A stretch of 64,000 nt of DNA from Nitrosopumilus sp. (GTDB lineage Archaea; Thermoproteota; Nitrososphaeria; Nitrososphaerales; Nitrosopumilaceae): NCBI GenBank assembly GCA_965218695.1, contig OZ244651.1:2368001-2432000 (forward strand), in the 5' to 3' direction. The first letter of the stretch is position 1, and every line of letters starts with the position of its first letter. The translations under genes were made by a program, and so were the position numbers. Shown here one piece after another: positions 55,804 through 64,000 of this stretch. Under the pieces are notes generated by a model, which saw only the letters and a program-made list of their open reading frames with translations, was not told the origin of the DNA and made no database searches.

Positions 55804-58446
55804 TTACGCTGTCGGGTCTGCGACTCTGCCCATGAAGAGTATGGTGCCGCTCTCGTCGTCGATTATGAAGAACAAGAACGGGCGGTCTGCCACAAACGAC
55901 GGGGGTGACGACAGCGTCGTGACCAAGGATGTCACAGCCGCAGCCTCCGTTCCTTCCTCGTTAACGTTCACGTACGCGTCTTGGGTCGCCTTGCCAATGA
56001 ACAGCGGTCCGTCTCCCATTCCGGAGAGATCGGAAAGCGATTCGTCAAAGACGTCCGTTATTCCGAGGTGCGGCAGCAACTTTGTCAGGTCGTACCTGGT
56101 CTTTGCCTCGAATTTTGGGATCGAGACGACCATGTCCGCGTTTGACACAAGGTTCCTCCACTCGCCCACGGCAGTATGCGTGATGTTTCCTTCCAGTGCT
56201 GCCAGCCCGCCCCTTTCGTTCGGCAGCACGACCAGCATGGAAAGCCTGTCACCCTTGTATGGCATGCGAAGCACCTGCACGCCGTCGGCTTTGGCATATT
56301 CAAACTCGGCCATGATGTTCATAAAGTCGGCCTTTACGGTGCCGGTGCCGGTCCAAAAGTCCGCCCCGCGTGTGTCTTTCACTGGAAACTGGTTCGCCCA
56401 CGTCCCCTTGAAGTATATGGCATTGAGTATTGCAGCCATGCTGAATTCATTCATGTCGTCGGGAGACAGGACCTCAGGTATCTTGCCCCGCGTCTTCTTG
56501 TCCGCCCATCCGTTTATGCGATCTACTGTGCCCTTGTCCGTAAAATCAACAGTCTCAATATCTGCGCGATAGACGCCACGCACAATATCCACGTACTCGC
56601 TGCGCGGCACGAGCCGGTCTGCAAGCCACAGCGAGTTTGCCATCTCCAGCGTGGCGTGCGGGTCATAGCGGTTCAGCGACGACATCGTGTCATGTACGGA
56701 CTGGTGTCTTGCCGCATCGTCTAGGATCAGTCCAAACGCCTCGCGGATTTGCTCTGCCGTCTCGCCGCGGGCACCCTCATGCAACACGGAGAATGCAGCG
56801 TGCATGCTAGACGGGGAGAAGAAATGGTTGCCGGCCGTTTCTGCGACTTTCTTGTAAAAGTCCACGGCAAAGGCGTTGTTTGCCGAGGCTACCCCTGGCG
56901 GAATTGGATCCGGCTCCTCGAACGTGAACGACGTGAATCCCCTGCCAAGCAGCATCTCTGCAGATCCCGTAAAGACGCACGCAGGCGCGCCGGATGGCGA
57001 TTGCATGAGAACGCGGTCGCCAGTGCAGACTATCCGGTCTGACGAAACCCCTCCTAGCACTTGCTGACGGGGCGTGGGGGGAAGGTCCGCCTGCGCGGTC
57101 AGCTGAAGTATCTGGACGCCCCCGTCGTCGTACGAGGCAACGGCCGCGTAGGTGCGGCCACCTGACTCGAACGTGTCTATGGCAGATGCGCCGCCAAGTG
57201 TAACTGTGCGCAAATTACCAATGCCGCCGGCAGCGACTATGTCCCCGGGGTCGGTGATGTCGAATACCTGAACGTTATTTTTAAAATTCGAGGCAACGGC
57301 TGCGTAGGCGCGGCCGTCCACAGTAAACACGCCGGTGTCGCCTGAGTCGAAATATTCGAAACCGCTGTATGTGATGTTGCCTGCCGTAGCGATCCTGTGG
57401 GGGTCGGTGACATCAAGAGTCCAGATGCCGCTGTTTGTGGTGACGGCCGCGTAGGTGCGCCCACCCAATTCGTATACGTCAATGTCCTCAGTCGAGGGAC
57501 GGAAGAAGTAGTCGGTGTGGGTGATGCTGTCTGTTGCGGCGATCTCGTAGGGGTTGGACACGTCGAGGATCTGTATGCCGTAATCATACAACGATGCAAC
57601 TGCCGCGTAGGTGCGATCTTTCAGCTTGAAGGTATCTATGTTGGTTGGCCGGCTAAGCACGAGGTCGCCGACGTCTATGATTGTGTCAGCCTCGATTATA
57701 TTGTAGGGATCGGTGATGTCAAGTATCTGGATGCCATCATGGGACGATGCAACTGCCGCGTAGGTGCGCCCTTCGGATCCGAATACATCCATGTCCTGCA
57801 CAAATGCAAGCATGAGTCTGTATGTGTGGGTGATGCTGTCTGCGGCAACAATCTCGTAAGGATCGGTGATGTCAAGTATCTGGATGCCCTCGTCGCCTTG
57901 CGAGATTACTGCCGCGTAGGTGCGCCCTTCGGATCCGAATGTATCTATGTCCAGTGCGCCTTTGAGCACTAGGTCGTCCGTGTCTGTGATGCTGTCTGCG
58001 GCAACAATCTCGTAAGGATCGGTGATGTCAAGTATCTGGATGCCCTCGTCGCCTTGCGAGATTACTGCCGCGTAGGTGCGCCCTTCGGATCCGAATGTAT
58101 CTATGTCCAGTGCGCCTTTGAGCACTAGGTCGCCCGTGTCTGTGATGCTGCCGGCCGCATCAAGGCTCAGCACAGTTGAGTGCGTGGCCCGTACATGGGT
58201 GTCATCTGCGGGAACAAATCCCCTGTATGACAGTACTCCTGTCGATGATTCAAACACGCATGCCTGTATGCCAGACGGCGATTGCACCAGCACGCGCTCG
58301 CCGGCGCATTCCACCTCTTTTACAGGAATTCCCGATTGCGCTTGCTGGAGGGGAGTGGGGATGGATTCGGCGTGGGTTGCTGGAATGGCCACGCACAGAA
58401 CCGCCAGCGCGACTGCCAGCATCGCGGTCTTTATCACGGGGAACAT
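55804..58446 (-). CDS. secreted LVIVD-like repeat (7x) plus serpin fusion, with two PLQQ-C..PACV modules
   Basis: Seven RxYAAV..IQILDxxDP repeats; serpin motifs NAIYFKGTW, EEGTEAAA and ADRPFLF; start may be GTG at 58437. Confidence 0.9.
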   Translation of the reverse strand: MFPVIKTAMLAVALAVLCVAIPATHAESIPTPLQQAQSGIPVKEVECAGERVLVQSPSGIQACVFESSTGVLSYRGFVPADDTHVRATHSTVLSLDAAGSITDTGDLVLKGALDIDTFGSEGRTYAAVISQGDEGIQILDITDPYEIVAADSITDTDDLVLKGALDIDTFGSEGRTYAAVISQGDEGIQILDITDPYEIVAADSITHTYRLMLAFVQDMDVFGSEGRTYAAVASSHDGIQILDITDPYNIIEADTIIDVGDLVLSRPTNIDTFKLKDRTYAAVASLYDYGIQILDVSNPYEIAATDSITHTDYFFRPSTEDIDVYELGGRTYAAVTTNSGIWTLDVTDPHRIATAGNITYSGFEYFDSGDTGVFTVDGRAYAAVASNFKNNVQVFDITDPGDIVAAGGIGNLRTVTLGGASAIDTFESGGRTYAAVASYDDGGVQILQLTAQADLPPTPRQQVLGGVSSDRIVCTGDRVLMQSPSGAPACVFTGSAEMLLGRGFTSFTFEEPDPIPPGVASANNAFAVDFYKKVAETAGNHFFSPSSMHAAFSVLHEGARGETAEQIREAFGLILDDAARHQSVHDTMSSLNRYDPHATLEMANSLWLADRLVPRSEYVDIVRGVYRADIETVDFTDKGTVDRINGWADKKTRGKIPEVLSPDDMNEFSMAAILNAIYFKGTWANQFPVKDTRGADFWTGTGTVKADFMNIMAEFEYAKADGVQVLRMPYKGDRLSMLVVLPNERGGLAALEGNITHTAVGEWRNLVSNADMVVSIPKFEAKTRYDLTKLLPHLGITDVFDESLSDLSGMGDGPLFIGKATQDAYVNVNEEGTEAAAVTSLVTTLSSPPSFVADRPFLFFIIDDESGTILFMGRVADPTA
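57830..58150 (-). repeat. near-perfect 156-bp intragenic tandem duplication
   Basis: gtgatgctg recurs at 57830, 57986 and 58142, with two almost identical 52-aa units. Confidence 0.9.
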
Positions 58447-58467
58447 TGGGAGGCTCGGTACTTAAAT

Positions 58468-58912
58468 TGGGCCGTTCGCATCGGGGAAGATCCCGGTGAC
58501 CTTGCAGGTCTCCTTCGTTGTAGCGGCGCAGCCGGTTGTGGATCCAGGCGGGACACCGTACTCGGACGTCGGGAATCTTTTTCATGGACATGTTGCACAT
58601 GCGCACCATGCCCGTGGACGAGACTGCCAAAATTCAGGTACGATGCCCCACATGTGTCCGCAACCGGCTGCGCTGTTACGACGAAAGAGGATCATGCATT
58701 TTCTCAAAGGCTTGCCGTACCTGAACGCCGTGGAAGAATGCCGGCGCTAGGGAAAGTGCAGGCCGCTGGTTTCCGAATATTGTAGGATATTTTCTGATAT
58801 GTGCAGGGCCGTCTCTACGTATTATCGAACGGCGTGGTTCAATCTGGAATTGATCAGATATGTACACAAAAAAACTGACTTAATCCACACGAACTTTTGA
58901 TCTTAGCTATAG
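58468..58912. pseudogene. degenerate IS630 remnants, head-to-head and internally deleted
   Basis: Minus strand VRCPAWIHNRL..RDLPRCERP; plus strand VRCPTCVRNRL then KGLPYLNAVEEC; right end AACTTTTGATC..CTATA. Confidence 0.7.
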
Positions 58913-59481
58913 GCTTGATTACCATAAATGAACGGAGCCTGGTTAAAGAATAGATTTATTATACATATGAAAAGGGGATGGGTGGAACAATGACTACTGA
59001 CGAATCATTTGTCAGAGGAAAGGTATCCAAGGTATTCATCAAATTTGCATTTCCTTCTGTCCTGACTAGTCTCTTAATGATTAGCACGTACTTGGTGGAT
59101 GGAATATTGATTGGCCAGTTTATTGGGCCAGGCGGACTAGCTGCATTCAACCTAGTCTTTCCAATGTTTAGCTTTTTAGCAGCAACTGGCATTGTAATTT
59201 CAACTGGAGGTTCTGCACTTATTGGAAAATATCTTGGCGAAAACAGGCTAAAAGACGCAAATCAAGTGTTCAATCTTTCATTAATTATGGCTGTTGCTTT
59301 TTCAGTTGCTATTTCTGTAACCACATTGTTCTTTGCTGATGATATTACACGGTTTCTTGGCGCAACTGAGTTACTTTTTGATGCGACAAAAGAATACTTT
59401 ACGGTTCTTTCTGTATTCTTTATACTGTTCATTGTAGGAATTTGCCTGCAATATTTTATCAGAAATGAAGGCAATTCAATC

Positions 59482-60586
59482 TATACTGACGATCAAAAGT
59501 TTGTGCACAATGCCTCATATTTTCGGCTGGTAAATTTGAGGATGTCAAGCTTGAACCTGGCGGTTCGATAATACAACGAAACTGCCCGGTGCATGTCCTG
59601 AAATGTCCGGTAATATTCCGAGACGAGCAGGACGCGCTTTCCTTGGTGCCAGCATTCCTCCATCGCGTTGAGGTACGGCGAGCCCTTTGGCAGATAGATC
59701 ATCTTGACATCCCTGTTGCTGCGCAGAAATTCCTTTACCAGTTTTGAGCGGTGCTGCGGGGCCCGGTCTGCCGTCACTACCACCTTGCCAAAATGCCGGT
59801 GCAGATCCTTGAGGTATCTGACAAACGTGGGTCCGTCAAATTTCTCGTACGTCCGGAAAAACTGCCTGCCGTCTTTTGCGATCGAGCCGTACGCTGCGAT
59901 CCTCTTGTGGCTGCCGGTGTACGGCACGCTTATGGGATGGCCCACCAGGGACCAATATTTACGGCCGACTATCACGTCGTGTATGAAGATTGCCTCGTCC
60001 TCCATTACCGTGGTAAATCCCTCCTTTTCTAGGCGTGAAACGCGCTTGTTGAAGCGGTATTTCCAGTTCTGCACGGCCTTTTTGTTGGCCCTGTTAACAT
60101 GGACTTTCCGTGGTGCCTTCGGGGACAGGCCGTACTGGTGCATGATCTTCCTGACGTACGTGATGTGAAGCTTTACGCCCGTGTCATGGTGTATGTTCTG
60201 TTGCAGTTCCGAGGGCGTGATTTTATGGCATGCCGTCTTTGCAATTATTCCGTCGATGACGTCTTGCGGGATCTTTCTGGGCCGTCCGCATCTGGGAAGA
60301 TCACGGAGGCCTTGCAGGCCTCCGTCATCGAAGCGGCTCAACCAGTTGCGGACCCAGTTTGGGCTCCGTCCTTGGATGTCGGCAGTCTCCTCCACGGTCA
60401 TGTTGAACACGCGAACCATGCGTACCGTGACCATCCTAGCCCGAACCTTGTGGTCTTTTTCTTTTTTGCACGCTTTTTTTAGTTCTTCCAGTTTGGAGTC
60501 GTCCATGTCTCCATGAAAGAAAGTCTGATCTAGAAACTTTGCGGTTGGCTAGGGCATTTGCTCAAAGACTTTTGCGTGTCAGTATA
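59482..60586 (-). mobile_element. IS630 type 3, copy b
   Basis: TA target; appears identical to 37838-38942. Confidence 0.92.
59493..60506 (-). CDS. IS630 transposase (intact)
   Basis: Same protein as 37849-38862. Confidence 0.92.
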   Translation of the reverse strand: MDDSKLEELKKACKKEKDHKVRARMVTVRMVRVFNMTVEETADIQGRSPNWVRNWLSRFDDGGLQGLRDLPRCGRPRKIPQDVIDGIIAKTACHKITPSELQQNIHHDTGVKLHITYVRKIMHQYGLSPKAPRKVHVNRANKKAVQNWKYRFNKRVSRLEKEGFTTVMEDEAIFIHDVIVGRKYWSLVGHPISVPYTGSHKRIAAYGSIAKDGRQFFRTYEKFDGPTFVRYLKDLHRHFGKVVVTADRAPQHRSKLVKEFLRSNRDVKMIYLPKGSPYLNAMEECWHQGKRVLLVSEYYRTFQDMHRAVSLYYRTARFKLDILKFTSRKYEALCTNF

Positions 60587-61421
60587 TCCAATCAAGGCAA
60601 CCATGGTATCAGTAGCAATCAACGTTCCAATGACGTATGTTTTCTTGGGGGTTTTAGATATGAGTTTGGGGGCCGCTGCGTTAGGAAGCGGCATTTCATT
60701 GATTGCGAGTACTGCCTTGCTACTTGTATATTTCCTTAGAAAAAAATCCATCATGTCTTATGGCATGCCTTCTTTTGGCTTTTTTACAATTAAAAAAATT
60801 CTTTACAATGGTTCTTCTGAAGGACTGTCTGAATTTTCTGTCGGCCTAGTCGTACTTTTCTTCAATTTGACCCTGATTCAATATCTGGGCGAGATAGGAA
60901 TTGCGGCATTTGCAATCGTATCTCTCACATCTCTTGTTCTCATCATGATCAATGTAGGACTCTCCATGGCTCTTCAGCCCATGGTCAGCTATAATTTTGG
61001 CTCAAAAGAGATACAACGGGTAAAAGACACACTCAAAATATCCATCAAGCTTGCAGTCATAATTGGAGCCGTATTTTATGGCGCAGTTTTTGTATTTGGA
61101 GACTATTTCATAGGGCTATTTAGTGCAGGAGACGAAGAATTGACATCTATCGCGTTTGATGCGATTCGCATATATGGATTGGCATACCTCTTCATGGGAA
61201 TCAGTTATCTCGCTTCCGGATATCTGACTGCGCTTCAGAAACCACAAATCTCACTGGTTATCTCATTATCGTCCAATTTGATTTTTGTAGTCATCGGTTT
61301 GTTAGCATTGCCACGAATCTTTGGAGCGTCTGGAATCTGGTGGGCCGTCCCATTTGCCAGCATTGCAGCGGTTTTTGTCTCGTTCTATTTCATAAAAAGA
61401 ATCAACAGGAGCATGCTTTGA

Positions 61422-61606
61422 ATGGAAAATCAGGATGTCGCAAAAATATCGTAAACAAGCTTTTTGATGCCTGGAACAGCAGGGATGTTGATTCCATGTT
61501 TGAGCTAATCGGCGATGATGTGAAACTTGTATGTCCGTTAGAACAGTTACACGGAAAGCAGGAATATCTTGAAGGTGCAAAAAAGCATTTCCCAGATTCA
61601 GTTTAA
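61422..61606 (+). pseudogene. SnoaL/NTF2-like fragment, frameshifted and truncated
   Basis: MENQDVAK, then after a frameshift NIVNKLFDAWNSRDVD..HGKQ..FPD. Confidence 0.65.
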
Positions 61607-61833
61607 TGAAAACATTGGATCAGTATTCTGATGACGAGGACATGCTCTATCTCCCTCCCCTTGCTGAGAGCGTCGCCGGGGGATCCGGAGTACCTGCCAA
61701 GCATTTTTTGACGGCGGCCACGGCTCAACTTCTTGATGGCATCCGGGGACATGTGGACGTGGCGCGGGAAGATATATCTGGCCAGCGTGGACTTGCCGCT
61801 TCCGGCGATGCCGACCATGAGGATTATCTCCAT
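61603..61833 (-). pseudogene. P-loop kinase (AAA_33-like) N-terminal fragment
   Basis: MEIILMVGIAGSGKSTLA; only about 76 aa. Confidence 0.6.
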
Positions 61834-61967
61834 TGGCGGACAGTCAGGCTGGATGCTAATCATTGTTTTGCGCAATCCCCACAAAAGCCGTCGCGACCCG
61901 GCCGGAAACCGTCCCCGACCAAATCGCGCGGCCGCGTTTATTAGGCCGAGTGCCGGGTAGGGGCTCC

Positions 61968-62651
61968 ATGAAGGACGTTGACGAGTGCGCCGACATGATC
62001 CGGCGGGACGAATACGAGAATGCAGTCCGGCACCTGTCAAGGATCGCGATGAACAAGCCAAACGATCCGGAGACAAACATCCTGAAAGGACTGGCGCTGT
62101 ACTCTCTGGGCCGGTATCCGGAAGCGCTGGAGGCCTGTGGCGTGGCACTGAATTATGGCGGCGATCTTTCCGAGGAATACGAAGAGTTGTGGCACAGGTA
62201 CTACGAAGAGAAAATGCACGACGAGGCACTGGAGTGCAGCCTCGTGGTGTCCCTCATGGACGAGATCATCGTGGGGGCAAAATACGTGGGGGCAAAGGCG
62301 CTGTTTCGGATGGGGGTGCGGAACAAGGCGATTCATGAGATCAATTTCGAGATGAAACTGGATCCGGACGACCCGGCCGAGCACCACATCCTGACCATGA
62401 TCCTGAGCGAGATGTATCACATGGAAGACGCGGGATCGAAAGACGCATCGTCAATCGCGCACATGCACGGTCCGATGTTCCAAGACTTTTGGAGCCACCA
62501 CGAAGAATACAGGGAAAAACTTGAGGAAAGACTCGAGGCGGCCGACTTGGCAGTCGGCATCCACGGGGATGAGGCCGGCAACCAGACTCTTCAAAATCGT
62601 GGATCTCAGTCAAACCCAATCAGTCTGTACGTGTCAGATCACCTTATCTGA
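61968..62651 (+). CDS. TPR-containing protein
   Basis: KGLALYSLGRYPEALE and LDPDDP TPR-like motifs. Confidence 0.7.
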   Translation: MKDVDECADMIRRDEYENAVRHLSRIAMNKPNDPETNILKGLALYSLGRYPEALEACGVALNYGGDLSEEYEELWHRYYEEKMHDEALECSLVVSLMDEIIVGAKYVGAKALFRMGVRNKAIHEINFEMKLDPDDPAEHHILTMILSEMYHMEDAGSKDASSIAHMHGPMFQDFWSHHEEYREKLEERLEAADLAVGIHGDEAGNQTLQNRGSQSNPISLYVSDHLI

Positions 62652-62706
62652 ACAGAGTCAGCTGCTAACTCACAAACTACTTTAGATAAAAAACCCAGCA
62701 GTCAGT

Positions 62707-63393
62707 ATGGCCGAGGAGAGTCCAAGGGGCATGGTTCCAAAATTCTTTAACAGTAACGCCGGCTCGTATGACAGAATAGTCAGCTGGGCCACTTTTGGCA
62801 GGGACGGTCTCTGGAAACGCAAAATTTTGGAGCATCTGTCCGACGAAAAGAACGTGTTGGATCTTGCCTGCGGCACGGGCATCCTTACAAGACGGATTGC
62901 AGAGACGCTGCCGGATGCAGAGATAGTGGGCGTCGACGTCACCTGGCGGTACCTTGAAAAGGCCATGGAGAGGTCGGCCCCGCACCGAAACATCTCCTTT
63001 GTAAACCAGGATGCCGAGAAGCTCAGTCTTGGGGGGAAATTCTCCTGCATCACTGCGTCATACCTGCCAAAATACTGCACGCCGGACATCCTGATCAGGA
63101 ACTGCCTCGACCATCTCGACGTCGGCGGAAAGATAGTTTTGCATGACTTTACGTATCCAAGGGCCGGCCCGGTGCGCAGAATGTGGGATTTTTATTTCAA
63201 GCTGCTGAATTTGGTGGGTCTCTTCACCCCGGGATGGAGACAGGTTTTCGTCGACCTGCCACGCCTGATAAGGGCCTCAAACTGGGTGCAGGAATACGGG
63301 GATGCCATGGAAAGCCACGGACTGGAAATCAGCAGGCAGGATTTGACGTGGGGCTCCTCAGCCGTACTTGTAGGAACCAAGGTAAAAGGTTAG
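62707..63393 (+). CDS. class I SAM-dependent methyltransferase (UbiE/MenG-like)
   Basis: SYDRIVSWATFG.D..WK, VLDLACGTG and QDAE motifs. Confidence 0.88.
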   Translation: MAEESPRGMVPKFFNSNAGSYDRIVSWATFGRDGLWKRKILEHLSDEKNVLDLACGTGILTRRIAETLPDAEIVGVDVTWRYLEKAMERSAPHRNISFVNQDAEKLSLGGKFSCITASYLPKYCTPDILIRNCLDHLDVGGKIVLHDFTYPRAGPVRRMWDFYFKLLNLVGLFTPGWRQVFVDLPRLIRASNWVQEYGDAMESHGLEISRQDLTWGSSAVLVGTKVKG

Positions 63394-63412
63394 GTTCGCC
63401 TCCAACGGATCT

Positions 63413-63859
63413 CTAAATCAACACGTGAGCATAACCGCTTACGGAACCAAGACTGTTTAGGTTTATCTCCTCGAATATGGTAAACCATACGGCCCCGTCA
63501 TGGATGAGCTCGTACTCTCTCGAGGTTATGCCATGACTCGGATGCAGGTTCAGGATTCTCCTGGTTGCGGCGATGCCGTTGACGTTGAGAATGGTTCCGA
63601 CGCCGCGCTTCTTCCTCAGGAGCTCGCCCATTACGGATTCGGGCAGCACGGTGGAATCAAACTTTACGCTTGCCTTTATGACAGGCAGTCCCCGCGCCGT
63701 AATCTCGACCTTCCTTACGAACTGGTTGGGCGCAACGGCGTTCTGCTCCACCACATGCAGCTGAACGGCGCAGTCAAGGACCTCCCCCAGGACCGTGACC
63801 ACCTGGCCTACGGGGGCGTCCAGTATCCTAGCTAGAAGCATCTCAGAATCCGGCCTCAT
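63413..63859 (-). CDS. chorismate-lyase / DUF98-like protein
   Basis: FVRKVEI, GVGTIL and SREYEL...IFEEI pattern. Confidence 0.6.
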   Translation of the reverse strand: MRPDSEMLLARILDAPVGQVVTVLGEVLDCAVQLHVVEQNAVAPNQFVRKVEITARGLPVIKASVKFDSTVLPESVMGELLRKKRGVGTILNVNGIAATRRILNLHPSHGITSREYELIHDGAVWFTIFEEINLNSLGSVSGYAHVLI

Positions 63860-64000
63860 ACAGTGGTATCCCTTTCACACGAATTAAAGATACCGTAAGA
63901 TTACACTGGTACATCTTGGGGTTTTCATGGTTTAAACCGGTAAAATGAGAATATTGTGCATGGATTTTACTGGAATGAAAACTGCTACCGCTGAAGGGCA

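Larger units (their letters stand above)
58978..61421 (+). pseudogene. MATE-family efflux transporter interrupted by IS630
   Basis: VDGILIGQFIG..LAAFN and QPMVSYNFG motifs; rejoins in frame as RNEGNSIY-PIKA. Confidence 0.88.

Overview
Archaeal DNA, most likely Nitrosopumilaceae (Thaumarchaeota). The basis is the thaumarchaeal-type core genes, the CFI-box-CTERM and IPxW-type motifs, and TATA-box promoters just upstream of start codons. A host- or sponge-associated lineage is suggested by serpins, DUF285 and LVIVD repeats and heavy IS expansion, but this is inference. I count about 22 IS elements or remnants (ISH3, IS5, IS66, IS630, IS3), roughly 40% of the window, many of them nested; most ends and target-site duplications (TSDs) can be read by eye. 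Core genes include an LLM oxidoreductase, Fe-ADH, glycerate kinase, DsbA, tRNA-Thr, pdaD, pepF, ppa and an XPB-Bax1 pair. The main finding is at 18415-22994: a tnpB gene inside a transposase-less element with 52-bp IS6-like terminal inverted repeats (TIRs) and a perfect 8-bp TSD. This points to an RNA-guided nuclease moved by DDE chemistry rather than IS200/605 or IS607 chemistry; the element is masked by nested IS5 and IS66 insertions. Other findings are a recurring two-Cys module with shared promoter and signal cassettes on secreted proteins (including two serpins), variable 21-bp heptad repeats in several transposases, an unlisted Cys-rich micro-ORF and a decayed defence-like island. All family calls come from motif recognition, not database searches.
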